64,000 nucleotides of DNA from Minisyncoccota bacterium (GTDB lineage: Bacteria; Patescibacteriota; Minisyncoccia; Phycocordibacterales; UBA1550): positions 523-64,522 of the forward strand of contig JBAZWZ010000001.1 of the NCBI GenBank assembly GCA_041660105.1, read 5' to 3'. The notes under the pieces are model-generated. The model saw nothing but the letters and a program-made list of their open reading frames with translations, searched no databases and had not been told where the DNA came from. Position numbers and translations under genes: made by a program. Position 1 is the stretch's first letter; each line of letters opens with the position of its first letter. This document shows, piece after piece, positions 39,087 to 49,862 of the stretch.

Positions 39087-39332
39087 TTATTCGTTTTGTT
39101 TTTCTCGCCAGTCTTCATTCACGGTTGCCTCCGTGACACATCCGATGTTTGGATTATTCTTTGGATGAAACCCCATCTCTGCTTCAAACATCTTATCCGC
39201 TTCATCGATGGTCAGCGCCTTGCACTTGAAAACAGGTTCCCTGTCCCCCACCTCGTTGTGGTCAATGTAAATAAACTCGATAGGCTTCTCAGGAGTTGCA
39301 ATATTTTCAATTGCCTTAAAAAATTCTTCCAT
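39087..39332 (-). CDS. Small acidic hypothetical protein
   Basis: ORF coupled to the SPFH gene. Confidence 0.55.
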   Translation of the reverse strand: MEEFFKAIENIATPEKPIEFIYIDHNEVGDREPVFKCKALTIDEADKMFEAEMGFHPKNNPNIGCVTEATVNEDWREKQNE

Positions 39333-39336
39333 AGTT

Positions 39337-40098
39337 TTACTTCTGATTATCGCCTTGAATCATTTTGAACGCCTCTTGCACCGTAGACATAAACTGCGCG
39401 GGGAAAATGATGGTTGAGTTCTTTTCAGTGCTGATCTCTGCCATCGTCTGGAGCGTGCGGAGCTGGAGTGCAACAGGGTGCATAGTGATGATATCCGCTG
39501 CTTCGCCGAGCTTGACCGCTGCTTGGAACTCGCCCTCTGCTGCCACCACCTTTGCGCGACGCTCACGCTCTGCCTCGGCTTCCTTGGCCATTGCGCGTTG
39601 CATGTTCTCTGGGAGCATGATGTCCTTGATCTCCACCACGGTCACCTCGACACCCCAAGGCTCGGTGTGCGCATCGATAACGTCTTTAATCTTACTATTA
39701 ATATCCTGCGTCTGAGAAAGGAGCTCATCGAGCTTGAACTGTCCCACTACGTTACGCACCGTCGTTTGAGAAATCTGATTTACTGCCTTGTATACATCCT
39801 CAATAGAGATAACTGACTTCTGTGAATCCACCACGTGATAGTACGCAACTGCAGCAATGTCGATAGACACGTTGTCCTTGGTAATAATCTTCTGAGAAGG
39901 AATATCCATCGTCACGGTACGGAGAGTCACCTTGGTCATCTGCTCAAGAACAGGGATGAGAATAATGAGCCCCGGCCCACGCACACCCGTACACTTCCCG
40001 AGGAAGAAAATAACTCCACGGTCATACTCCTTCACGACACGAAGTGATGAAGCGAGAAGCGCAAACACAAGTGACCCAATTACAATAATGATATCCAT
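39337..40098 (-). CDS. SPFH/band 7 (slipin) protein
   Basis: GPGL...[32 protein letters not shown]. Confidence 0.95.
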   Translation of the reverse strand: MDIIIVIGSLVFALLASSLRVVKEYDRGVIFFLGKCTGVRGPGLIILIPVLEQMTKVTLRTVTMDIPSQKIITKDNVSIDIAAVAYYHVVDSQKSVISIEDVYKAVNQISQTTVRNVVGQFKLDELLSQTQDINSKIKDVIDAHTEPWGVEVTVVEIKDIMLPENMQRAMAKEAEAERERRAKVVAAEGEFQAAVKLGEAADIITMHPVALQLRTLQTMAEISTEKNSTIIFPAQFMSTVQEAFKMIQGDNQK

Positions 40099-40167
40099 AA
40101 TGTTATTTGATTAGTTTGTATGGGAATATTGTAGCATAAAAAGATTAATCAATTATCCTTTTTAAAA

Positions 40168-40782
40168 CTATTTTTGTAATTCAATTTTAATAAATGCAAA
40201 CTGATCTCGAGGTGCCCCTCCAGTGCTTAAGTCCCATTTTATATTCCTAGGGAAATTTCCGTAATCAGTTTGAAACATATATGGGATATGAGACTTTTCT
40301 AAATCCTCCTTATTTATACTAATATCATACTGAAAATCGTTAATATCTGTAAAAGAATTTGGATAAACAGAATAACGAATTAAATCTCTCTGATGTCCTG
40401 GTTCTCCAGCTACAAAATAATGGAATCCTTTTCCTTTCGGTTTAAAATCGAGATATGTATTCCAATACCCCTCACCTGTTTTAATCGTTTTATTTCCAGT
40501 GTTTTTGATTGCAAAATTAACAGTTGCTACGTATTTTCCATTCTTGTCCGCGCGAAGAAGTATAGTATCTCGATAAAATCCATCCTGTTTTACGACAAGA
40601 CTAAGTTTTGGTGTTTTTAGTAAATCAGTAAACTGATTAAGAATTATTCCAAATAACGCAGCCACAAATACATCAGCCCAGAAATTTGGCCAGAACGCAC
40701 TCTGAAAATACTGTGATGCTTTGCAATTTATGAGCAACAAAAGACTCAATATTAATACAAAATATAACGTTGATTTCATCAC
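40168..40782 (-). CDS. Hypothetical membrane protein (AT-rich)
   Basis: Two N-terminal hydrophobic segments. Confidence 0.6.
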   Translation of the reverse strand: MMKSTLYFVLILSLLLLINCKASQYFQSAFWPNFWADVFVAALFGIILNQFTDLLKTPKLSLVVKQDGFYRDTILLRADKNGKYVATVNFAIKNTGNKTIKTGEGYWNTYLDFKPKGKGFHYFVAGEPGHQRDLIRYSVYPNSFTDINDFQYDISINKEDLEKSHIPYMFQTDYGNFPRNIKWDLSTGGAPRDQFAFIKIELQK

Positions 40783-41237
40783 TTATGCAAAATAATATAA
40801 TTTTTCAAAGCCTCAGCATCCTCACTTTCAAGAACAATAACACCGTCTGGTTTATGTTCTGTTTGATAACCTTGTTGTCGATTCTGAAATATCTGAATTT
40901 GAGCAGGTGAAGATGTCCATATTTCTACTGCTTCAATCCCAAAACGTCTCATAAGCCAGCCTGAGGTTACATTAACATTTTGTATAGTGTTATAGGGTAT
41001 TGTTTTCCGAGACTTACTAAGTATACCCTTATTGATTTCAATATTTTGTTCATTATAGATAAACGAGTAGTTGTTATAACTCGCCCTCGTAACAAAATAC
41101 GATACAATTATTACTATTGCTGGAAGAAACAACAAAAAATTTAACGGAAGGGTAACAACAAAAAGAATTACAAATAATGTATTTTGATACGAAAGAAGCT
41201 TCTCAGTTTCTTTGGTTGGTACGTTGGGTGAAATCAT
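40779..41237 (-). CDS. Bacterial PH-domain (YdbS-like) membrane protein
   Basis: KGIL....TIPY..IQNV....G..MR.FG. Confidence 0.8.
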   Translation of the reverse strand: MISPNVPTKETEKLLSYQNTLFVILFVVTLPLNFLLFLPAIVIIVSYFVTRASYNNYSFIYNEQNIEINKGILSKSRKTIPYNTIQNVNVTSGWLMRRFGIEAVEIWTSSPAQIQIFQNRQQGYQTEHKPDGVIVLESEDAEALKNYIILHK

Positions 41238-41263
41238 GATTTAAGTATATACCAGATAATCAT

Positions 41264-41971
41264 TTATTTCATCGCCACCCTTGGTGCCTCCGTCGTCGTT
41301 GGGCGTATTACAATAAATCTCTGCTTCCATGATGCGAGGAAATCTTTGAGAGGGAGCGAGAGATTGCCACCCTCTTTTGATGCGGGGTCGTTATAATAAA
41401 CATTGTCACCATCGATGCCGTTGATCACCACAAGGTGGGGAATCTTACTCTTTGGGTCAAATTTGTAATGCACCGATGCCATCACGGGCCCGTCCATCAG
41501 AGAGACACTGAGCCATGCGAGCGCAATCTTTCTGCTTTCTTTTCCAAAATCAAAAGCCTGTCCGTCGAGACCATATTTCTGAGATACTTCAATAAGTCCA
41601 TCATATGTCCATCCTCCTGCCTTACTACTAAAAGCTCCTGCATCGAGACCTTCCCCAAGGAGTGTGTCCACGTCCACAGTCTTCGGCTTGTAATATTCAA
41701 TGAGCATCGCGAGGCTCGTGATGCCACAGCCGGCTGGCTTCCACTTTTTTGAGGTAATATCATCAAACTGAGAATAAAAAGGTACTACAGGAACTGACGA
41801 GGTTGCCATAGATACAGACTGAGCTGGCGCTACCACAGAAAAAGCCACAGTAGAGGTAGCCAAAGGAACAACAGGGCAAGCGGCGCCTGTCGAAGCGCTA
41901 AAGGTGAACCCTGGAAGACATCCGGGATTCAGCATAGCGGCTGCGTACGTCAACATAACTGTTGGCAACAT
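41264..41971 (-). CDS. C39-like peptidase
   Basis: VPFYSQ, CGITSLAM, HLVVING, YNDP. Confidence 0.85.
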   Translation of the reverse strand: MLPTVMLTYAAAMLNPGCLPGFTFSASTGAACPVVPLATSTVAFSVVAPAQSVSMATSSVPVVPFYSQFDDITSKKWKPAGCGITSLAMLIEYYKPKTVDVDTLLGEGLDAGAFSSKAGGWTYDGLIEVSQKYGLDGQAFDFGKESRKIALAWLSVSLMDGPVMASVHYKFDPKSKIPHLVVINGIDGDNVYYNDPASKEGGNLSLPLKDFLASWKQRFIVIRPTTTEAPRVAMK

Positions 41972-42038
41972 ATCTGTACATTATACACTATTTGGCCACA
42001 AACTACAACAAGGCGTCAATGATTTTGAGGTATTTTGG

Positions 42039-42911
42039 CTAGTCGCGCACAAGGACGGGCATCCCCAAAACTGCCCAATTATATAGCTTTTTTGCGTTTT
42101 CGGGGGACATATTCACGCACCCATGAGACCACTTTTTTCCAAAGTTGTCATGCCAGTATGCGCCGTGGATGACCGCCCCCTCGGCAGTGAAGTATAAGTT
42201 CCAAGGAACCCCAGGTAAATCGTATTCTTGCTCACTTACCCCGGGAATGGGCCCCTGCATATAGCGGCTTGGTGTTTTGTAATAGACGGCAAACTTGCCA
42301 CGAGGGGTCGGTGTGTCTATCAGTCCTGGCGAAACGGGCTCTTTCATAAAGAGTTGGTCACCGTCATAAGCATAAAGCATCTCTTCGGTGAGATTGACGG
42401 TGATGCGCTTGGTCGTCGACGCCCTATCTCCCACGGGGACGCGCATATCGCCAACATTGTCGAAAGCGCGAATTGCATCAGGGTTGACAGCGACATACCA
42501 GCCACTCGTGACGCGCTCGGGATAGCGGAGCTCTTGGTCTTGGATGACTTTGTACCACAGACTGCCGTCTTTTGCTTTGGTTGTTTTGCTTTGCACACGG
42601 AGGACGATGCCCGTGCGGAGCTTGGTCACCACAGGAAACTCTGTGCCTGCGCCCCCACGGATATTCACACAAACGCCCGTCGTATGATACGGGCCACAAC
42701 CGTCGGTGATTTCGATGTAGTGCGCGAGAGGAATAGGCGTCGGTGCAATGTTTGGGACGGTAGATGTCGCAACTTGCGAGGAGATGATTTGCGCAGATTG
42801 ATTGTTTTTTGTAGTTGTTTTGCTTTCGGAAAAGGCAAGAATGAGGAAGCCACCAAAAGCGATCACCGCAATCAAAACACCTAGAAATGGCTGCTCAATG
42901 TATTTCTTCAT
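42039..42911 (-). CDS. L,D-transpeptidase (YkuD) with SH3-like domain
   Basis: TPRGKF, IHGAYWH, SHGCVN. Confidence 0.9.
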   Translation of the reverse strand: MKKYIEQPFLGVLIAVIAFGGFLILAFSESKTTTKNNQSAQIISSQVATSTVPNIAPTPIPLAHYIEITDGCGPYHTTGVCVNIRGGAGTEFPVVTKLRTGIVLRVQSKTTKAKDGSLWYKVIQDQELRYPERVTSGWYVAVNPDAIRAFDNVGDMRVPVGDRASTTKRITVNLTEEMLYAYDGDQLFMKEPVSPGLIDTPTPRGKFAVYYKTPSRYMQGPIPGVSEQEYDLPGVPWNLYFTAEGAVIHGAYWHDNFGKKWSHGCVNMSPENAKKLYNWAVLGMPVLVRD

Positions 42912-42995
42912 AGGAGTATCGTAGCACAGATTTTTGTTTCTGTGGCGGATGGGATTCGGGGGCGTTTGTTCGGCTGAACAAACGCCCCCGAATTT

Positions 42996-43232
42996 TTACT
43001 TCCTCCACCTTGGCGCACATCCAATCATCCATGTGTAAAATTTTGCCATAATAGGGTTCACGCCCTTTTTGCGCATTTCCTCATAGGAGCGCTTTTTAAA
43101 TTCATTCACATCACTACCTTCGTACGTGAGCTTCCCATCTTTAAAACAGTAGCTGCAATATTTATCCGACCCGCTTTCAACAGGGTCCTTCTCAAGTGGC
43201 ATCATACAACTTTCACAATATTTCGATTTCAT
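42996..43232 (-). CDS. Zinc-ribbon domain protein
   Basis: CESCMMP and YCSYCF.DG. Confidence 0.8.
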   Translation of the reverse strand: MKSKYCESCMMPLEKDPVESGSDKYCSYCFKDGKLTYEGSDVNEFKKRSYEEMRKKGVNPIMAKFYTWMIGCAPRWRK

Positions 43233-43262
43233 ATTTTTTTGAGTTAGCTGTTAATATAGATA

Positions 43263-43766
43263 TTATAGCAAAGTTTTTGAGATAATTTCATCTGCAATTT
43301 CACTGGGCGTCTTGCCAGAAGTGTTTATAGTAATATCAGCAAATCGTTTGTACAAAAATTCTCGTTTTTCAAAAAGTTGCTGAAGCGTCGTTCCCTTCAA
43401 ACCAATAATGCCGCGCTCCTCAACGTCAATCCTTTTTTTGATCACATCAAGATCAGCATAAAGATACACGACGGTAGAATTATCCTTAAGAAGCGCCATC
43501 GCGTCCGGGGAGTACACCGCGCTTCCGCCGGTCGACACTACGGAACGCTGTATCGTATTTAATTTTTTTATTTCCGAGGATTCAATTTCCCTAAACTTTT
43601 CTTCGCCTATTTCATTGAGGATAATTTGAAGGGGGTTACCATACACTCTTTCAATGACTTTGTCTGTGTCGATACACGCCCATCCAAGTTTCTGCGCCAA
43701 AATACTACCGACCGTACTCTTGCCAGCTCCCGCCATCCCGATTAGGGTAATGTTTTGTTTCCCCAT
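43263..43766 (-). CDS. aroK: Shikimate kinase
   Basis: LIGMAGAGKST, DTD, FREIE, STGGS. Confidence 0.88.
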   Translation of the reverse strand: MGKQNITLIGMAGAGKSTVGSILAQKLGWACIDTDKVIERVYGNPLQIILNEIGEEKFREIESSEIKKLNTIQRSVVSTGGSAVYSPDAMALLKDNSTVVYLYADLDVIKKRIDVEERGIIGLKGTTLQQLFEKREFLYKRFADITINTSGKTPSEIADEIISKTLL

Positions 43767-44078
43767 ATTTTTCTATTCATCTTAGTTCACGCCTTGTTTC
43801 TCTTTTCGAGAAACAGCGACGCGAATTTCAGCTTTTTTGTATTTGACCGCTTTTGCTCGCAAAAAACTTAAATTCGGCTGCGAGACCTGGATTCGAACCA
43901 AGATAACCGCCTCCAGAGGGCGATGTCCTACCATTAGACGATCTCGCAATTCCACTGCTTTTGGCAATGTAGGGACACAATACCCCAAATTCACCAGTTT
44001 TTCAAGTTCACATAGGCGAGGCCTATGTATTTCTACTTGGGAGTACTTGGGAGTCGAACTCCCAAGTGAAGACAATCC

Positions 44079-44393
44079 TTACTCCGCCATCGAAATATCA
44101 AGCACCTCCTGCACGTTCCAACCGTTCTTTTTGAGCCCTACGAGGGGCGCAAACACGTGGTCTTGATCAAGTCCGTATACTTTGAAGGTTTGTTTGCTGC
44201 TGTTTACCACAACCACCATTTCAAAAGTGTGGTCATTGAGCTTCTTGAGTTTTACACTCTTCCCCTTCGCACGAGCGTTGGCAATAATAACACCAGGAGA
44301 AATCTCAACGCCAACTTTTTTATAAAGCCTGATTATCTCCATTGCACCCTCTATCACACTCGTATGTGGTCCTCGCTGATTGATGTGTACCAT
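44079..44393 (-). CDS. Hypothetical protein
   Basis: ORF abutting the nuclease gene. Confidence 0.55.
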   Translation of the reverse strand: MVHINQRGPHTSVIEGAMEIIRLYKKVGVEISPGVIIANARAKGKSVKLKKLNDHTFEMVVVVNSSKQTFKVYGLDQDHVFAPLVGLKKNGWNVQEVLDISMAE

Positions 44394-45281
44394 TTATTTC
44401 TTTAAAACGTACATATCCTGACTGAAACCACCGACGCCGACAAACTCGACTGCGTCATCCTTCTTGAGGATATACTCGTACGGCATACAGTTTCTGCAAC
44501 CACCCTCTTTTGTCTCGTGATTGTACGCGCCTTCGGGGCAAACAAATGCCTTCTCGTGACCCTCTCTCTTCGCAACATCACGTGCCTCCTTCACCTTCAT
44601 TGCAACTTCTAGTACGGCTACACGCGCAGACTCAAGGTCGGTCAATTCCTTCTCTACCATCTTGTCACTCTCGAGATACCAGTAGCTCGCTTTGGTCACT
44701 TTGCGTTTCTTGTGAAGTGCATCACAGAGGAGAAGGTAAATAGGTAGCTGAAGCGAGCTCCCTGTCTCCTCTCGCTTGCCAGTCTTGAAGTCGATGATAT
44801 GAAGTGAGTCTGTCTCGGGCAAATATTCAATCCAGTCCACGAGTCCGTTCAAAATAATGTTGTGCTCTTCGCTAAGGAAAAAGTTGCAGGGCATCTTGTC
44901 TTGGGGAAGCTTGATGCATTTGTTTGGCAAGAAACGCGGGTCGCTGATAACTTTCTCAAGCATTACTTTTCCACGCTCCTTAAACTCTGCCTCTTCTTCA
45001 TCAGACAGAAAGCCCCCCTTCTTGCCCGTGACTTTCTTCCAACTTTTTTCAAAAAGTTCGAGGAGGTCTCTGTCCATTCGTTCATCCGAAGGAAACTCTG
45101 CGAGCCCTTCGAGGACCTCGTGCACGGCGATACCGAGCGACATATGTGGATTCACAATAGAAACTTTGTGTCCCGTCTTGGGGTCCTTGTACATATTGTG
45201 TAGGTAATACGAACGAGGACACCTGAGAAAGTCCCCCATCGAAGAATGCGACACCCACACTGCGGTATATTTATCTATCAT
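44394..45281 (-). CDS. PD-(D/E)XK nuclease (AddB/Cas4-like)
   Basis: SHS....F..CPR.Y, G..VHEVLE, GLVD, IIDFKTG, QLPIY, C-terminal C...CxxC. Confidence 0.85.
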   Translation of the reverse strand: MIDKYTAVWVSHSSMGDFLRCPRSYYLHNMYKDPKTGHKVSIVNPHMSLGIAVHEVLEGLAEFPSDERMDRDLLELFEKSWKKVTGKKGGFLSDEEEAEFKERGKVMLEKVISDPRFLPNKCIKLPQDKMPCNFFLSEEHNIILNGLVDWIEYLPETDSLHIIDFKTGKREETGSSLQLPIYLLLCDALHKKRKVTKASYWYLESDKMVEKELTDLESARVAVLEVAMKVKEARDVAKREGHEKAFVCPEGAYNHETKEGGCRNCMPYEYILKKDDAVEFVGVGGFSQDMYVLKK

Positions 45282-45286
45282 AATTA

Positions 45287-45838
45287 TTATTTTTGAAATA
45301 CTATTGGAATCTCAAGTGCATCATCATGCTCCGGAAGTCCTGAAGGATTATCTTTTTTCAAAATGAGCGAGCCGCGATTGCTATATGCCTTTTCATCTAC
45401 AGTAAACGTGAGTGTCGCTTCAAATGGCACAAACTCCGTGGTCATCCAGTCACCTTGAGCCTGTGCTATCCCCTGCGCAATAATGAGGCCATCCCAATTA
45501 ACGAGAGTAACGGGGAAGCTCGCTTCGAAAAACCAGTTGCCTCGAGCCTCGCCCGTGATAGCAAGCGGACTCTGGATTGATTGGTTTGGACGAGGACTGC
45601 TAATGCGGATGAGGTTTGCTTTCTCAATCTCGTTACCAATACCTTCAACAAACGTCTCACTGCCATAGCGACACTGACGAGGATAACTTTCCATGACGGG
45701 TGCGCCCGTTGCCACACATTCCTCGAAGGTTGTTACCGAGGACACTACTTCAATCTTGGGTGGATTTGGCAAGAGCCAGATAAAGGTCACAAGCACCGCA
45801 ATGAGAAAAAAATCAAAAATGTAGTTTGTCTTTGTCAT
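45287..45838 (-). CDS. Gmad2 Ig-like domain protein
   Basis: FEECV..G.PVMESYPRQC, GEARGNWFFEASFP, DNPSGLP. Confidence 0.8.
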   Translation of the reverse strand: MTKTNYIFDFFLIAVLVTFIWLLPNPPKIEVVSSVTTFEECVATGAPVMESYPRQCRYGSETFVEGIGNEIEKANLIRISSPRPNQSIQSPLAITGEARGNWFFEASFPVTLVNWDGLIIAQGIAQAQGDWMTTEFVPFEATLTFTVDEKAYSNRGSLILKKDNPSGLPEHDDALEIPIVFQK

Positions 45839-45867
45839 ATTATTATTTTACACCAAAAATGTTTTTT

Positions 45868-47522
45868 CTACTTTAACAACTTTGAGCGCACAATCGCCGC
45901 TTTAACAAATGCGCTAAAAATTGGATGTGGAGTAAGCGGACGAGCCTCGAACTCTGGATGGAACTGTGTCCCAAGGAAGAATGGGTGCACACTCGTTGGG
46001 AGCTCAGCAATTTCCATCAAGGTGCCGTTTGGCGAGCGACCAGAGAATACGAGCCCCTCTGCCTCAATCATGTTGATGTATTCAGGATTCACTTCAAAGC
46101 GATGACGGTGACGCTCAATGATTTTATCTGTACCATACGCCTTCTGTGCGATAGTTCCCTTTTTAAGCACTGCAGGATACGCACCGAGACGCATACTGCC
46201 ACCGAGGTTGCCCTTCTCAATATTTTCTTTCTGTCCTTCCATAATATCGATGATGAGATGCTTTGACTTAGGATCAATCTCGCGTGATGTTGCATCTTTG
46301 TAGCCGAGAACATTACGTGCATACTCAATGACCGCAAGCTGCATACCATAACAAATACCAAAGTACGGAATCTTGTGCTCGCGTGCAAAACGAATCACGT
46401 TGAGTATCCCCTCGATACCGCGCGAACCGAACCCTCCCGGCACGAGAATGCCGTCAAAACCGACAAGCTCGGCGAGGGGCGCATTCTTGCCCTCAAAGGT
46501 GCTCGCCGTTAGCCACACAAGCTTTGCCTTCTTGCCTTGTGCTATTGCAGAATACTTGATTGCCTCAATAATAGAGAGGTACGAATCTGAAAGAACGAAA
46601 TCACCTGTATCAAAATATTTTCCTACGACTCCAATGCGGACTTCGTCTTTCACCTTTGTCGCCTTCTTTGCAAACGCTTCCCACTCTTTCCACTTTGCGC
46701 TCGTGCCACGACTCTTGAGCTTGAGACGCTTCAAAATCTTCTCCGCAAGTTTGTCCTTCTCAAAGTTCCCCGGGATATCATAGATGCTATCGACGTCAGG
46801 TGCAGAGATAACACTCTCAGGAATCACATTACAAAAGAGTGCGAGCTTTTCTTTGCGTTTTGCATCAAGCGCCACATCACTACGAGCAATAATGAAGTCT
46901 GGCTGAATCCCCGCGCTATTGAGTGCGCGAACAGCGTGTTGTGTCGGCTTGGTTTTCATCTCCCCCACCTTTGACGGTGTCGGCAAATAACTCACAATAG
47001 TAAAAAGCACATCGTCGGGATTTTTAATCTTGAGCATTCTCGCCGTCTCAAGAAAAAGAATGTTCTCGTATTCGCCGACGGTCCCACCAACTTCGATGAC
47101 CACAATTTCTGCGTTTGCCTTATCGCAGGCGCTGTTAATACGATCAATAACTTCATACGGAATATGTGGCACAACTTGCACGCACTTGCCCTTATATGCG
47201 AGTGCCCGCTCCTTTTGAATGACTGACTGATACACGCGCCCTGTCGTCATATAGTTGTCGCGAGTGAGCGAGGTACCAAGAAAACGCTCGTAGTTTCCCA
47301 TATCCTGATCTGTCTCATCGCCGTCCTTGGTCACAAACACCTCGCCGTGCTCTGTAGGATTCATCGTGCCCGCATCAACGTTTACATACGGATCAATCTT
47401 CATCGCCGTCACACGGAAGCCATGCGACTGTAGGAGCAAACCAATAGAGGATGTCGTCACCCCCTTGCCGACTCCAGAAATCACGCCTCCCACTACAAAA
47501 ATATACTTGCGTGTCTTTCCTT
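45868..47522 (-). CDS. pyrG: CTP synthase
   Basis: GGVISGVGKG, KIDPYVN, GICYGMQ, QFHPE; start ATG at about 47529. Confidence 0.97.
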
Positions 47523-47571
47523 TTGTCATAATTGATTTATTTTGATTGATCTTTAATTATTAATTGTTACT

Positions 47572-48498
47572 TTACCTCAAATATTTTCGCACTGCCAAAT
47601 AACTCGACACCGCACCAAGCGCAATACCCGAACAAACAATGATGAGGAAAATCTGTACGAAGTTTGCGACGAAGTAATGAAGCAAATCTACTCCGCCATA
47701 AAATACCTGGGTAGCGTTCTTGAGCCAGTAGGTAATCGGATAAAAAAGAATAAGCGTGAGAAATGCTGCGACTAGACCATAGAGAATCCCCTCAACAACA
47801 AAAGGCCCGCGAATATACCAGTTGCTTCCCCCTACGAGGCGCATCACATTGATCTCATCGCGCGCAATGAAAATAGCGAGGCGAATCGTGTTGAACGTAA
47901 TCAAAACAGAGATGGCGACCATAAGTGCGGTGATGATACTGCCGAGCTTCTTCACGCCGACAATGAGCTTTGTGAGACGGTCGATGGCGATTTTGTTGTC
48001 GTTGTAGTTGACCTTGCTTACGATGGAGAGCGAACCCCCCGCAGAAAGTTCTGATTTGTTGTCGAGGAATTTTGCAATACTTTCATATTGAGAAGGCTCC
48101 TTCGCTTTCACGGTGAGCGCTGCGGGAAGAGGGTTCTCCCCGATCTCATCGAGAGCCTGTGTGATGCGATGGTCGTCTTGATGACGTGTACGGAAATCAG
48201 CAAGTGCCTGCTCACGTGAAATATATGTCACTGATTTCACTTCAGGATTTTTTTCAATTTGCTCTTTGAGAGCTAGGATAGCAGATTCAGTCGCCGTAGC
48301 ATCCACATAAATGTTGATATCGATTTTGTCTTGAAGGTCACGGAGAGCGGTACCAAGAAATGCGGTCACAAGAAGCGTCGACGCAATCATAAAGAGTGCA
48401 ACGATCATCACAAAGACAGCAGAGAGCGAAACGCTGCCGTTTCGCCAAAAACTAATGAACCCTGCTTTGATAATTCGTTTGAGATTTGTCCAGAACAT
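47572..48498 (-). CDS. ftsX: Cell division permease
   Basis: NPLP, FNTIRLAI..RDEI.VMRLVG, PFVVEG. Confidence 0.93.
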   Translation of the reverse strand: MFWTNLKRIIKAGFISFWRNGSVSLSAVFVMIVALFMIASTLLVTAFLGTALRDLQDKIDINIYVDATATESAILALKEQIEKNPEVKSVTYISREQALADFRTRHQDDHRITQALDEIGENPLPAALTVKAKEPSQYESIAKFLDNKSELSAGGSLSIVSKVNYNDNKIAIDRLTKLIVGVKKLGSIITALMVAISVLITFNTIRLAIFIARDEINVMRLVGGSNWYIRGPFVVEGILYGLVAAFLTLILFYPITYWLKNATQVFYGGVDLLHYFVANFVQIFLIIVCSGIALGAVSSYLAVRKYLR

Positions 48499-48637
48499 AG
48501 AAATTAGTCAGAAAGTCGAAAGTCCTAAAGTCGAAAGAGGGCTCACAAACTTTCATTCATTATACACAGTATTAACTCAGTAACAAAATTGAATTTCTTG
48601 AGTCCACTTTTGACCTTTGACTTTTAGACTTTAAGAC

Positions 48638-49318
48638 TTATAACGCGTACTTGCCTGTGGCGTCATCGCGGATGATTCTCCCATGATCCATCGTAATAAC
48701 CCTCTTCCCCAGCGCCTCCACCACGCCCTTATTGTGAGTCGTGAGGATTACTGTCGTGCCCATATCGTTGATTTTCTTCAAAATCTGTACGATTTCGTAG
48801 GTGTTGATAGGGTCGAGATTCCCCGTCGGCTCATCCGCGATGATGAGGTCAGGCTGGTTTACGATAGCGCGCGCGATAGCCACACGCTGAAGTTCACCTC
48901 CAGAAAGCTGGCGAGGGAAATTCCACATTTTCTTAGTGAGGTCAACGAGCTCAAGCACGTGCGGCACGTCGTTGGCAATCTCCTCATCAGACTTCCCTGC
49001 CACTTCCATTGCGAACGCTACATTTTCATATGCGGTCTTGTTGGGAAGAAGGCGGAAATCCTGAAAGATGACCCCTATACGACGGCGAAGCTCTGGCATA
49101 TCATCTGGCTTAATCTTCTTGAGATTTGCGGAATCAAAAGAAACACTTCCTTGCGTAGGATGATCCTCTCCAAGAAGAAGCTTCACGAGCGTCGTCTTCC
49201 CCGCCCCCGAGTGTCCGACAATAGATACGAATTCCCCTTGCTTGACCTGAAGTGTCACTCCCTCAAGCGCCTTGGTGCCATCGGAGTAAGACTTTGAAAC
49301 ATTATCGAAGTAAATCAT
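48638..49318 (-). CDS. ftsE: Cell division ATP-binding protein
   Basis: GHSGAGKTT, RRRIGVIFQDFRLL; adjacent to ftsX. Confidence 0.95.
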   Translation of the reverse strand: MIYFDNVSKSYSDGTKALEGVTLQVKQGEFVSIVGHSGAGKTTLVKLLLGEDHPTQGSVSFDSANLKKIKPDDMPELRRRIGVIFQDFRLLPNKTAYENVAFAMEVAGKSDEEIANDVPHVLELVDLTKKMWNFPRQLSGGELQRVAIARAIVNQPDLIIADEPTGNLDPINTYEIVQILKKINDMGTTVILTTHNKGVVEALGKRVITMDHGRIIRDDATGKYAL

Positions 49319-49398
49319 TCTGGTATTTTAACAAATTTTTAAGAATGAGGGAAATAAAAAAACAGGCCTTTGGTAAGGCCTGTTTTGACACACAATAT

Positions 49399-49743
49399 CT
49401 AATCGTAAACAGAGAGAAGACAATCATCCCAGGACGCATCAATTTCAATAACGTCCTGCGTGTCATCTTTTATTTTTTGCTTAATCCAATCGGAAAGTTT
49501 AATTCCGCTCTCCATACCATTCCGATCGCCAAAAAAATTAATGTCGGAAGAATGACAGAATGCAACACCCAGACTTTTGTGGTGCTGACTAGAAATCGCG
49601 GGAGCGAGGAATGCGATATGGTGGCTTATCCCACCTATTTTCTGCTCTTTAAAATACTTGGCGACATACTTCTGGAACGCGCTCGGGTACTCTCCGAGCT
49701 TTTCAGTCCGAACAATCATCATTTTTGCGGATTGCTGTGACAT
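49399..49743 (-). CDS. Hypothetical protein
   Basis: ORF; ATG at 49743 follows a GAGGGA-like RBS. Confidence 0.45.
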   Translation of the reverse strand: MSQQSAKMMIVRTEKLGEYPSAFQKYVAKYFKEQKIGGISHHIAFLAPAISSQHHKSLGVAFCHSSDINFFGDRNGMESGIKLSDWIKQKIKDDTQDVIEIDASWDDCLLSVYD

Positions 49744-49862
49744 TTTTCCCTCCCTCAATAAAGACAAGTTGTCTATAATGAAACTATCACATGATTTCTA
49801 ATTTGTAAAGAGCGCCGTATTTTTCAATATTCCATATTCCACATTCGATATTCTGCCCATCC

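Noticed and set aside
43782-44075. 97-aa ORF between the hypothetical gene and aroK
   Set aside because: Possible gene, but TTG start, no motif and an overlapping antisense ORF; insufficient support.
38309-45281. Cas2-like plus Cas4-like genes as a CRISPR adaptation module
   Set aside because: They are 5.5 kb apart with unrelated genes between them and no cas1.
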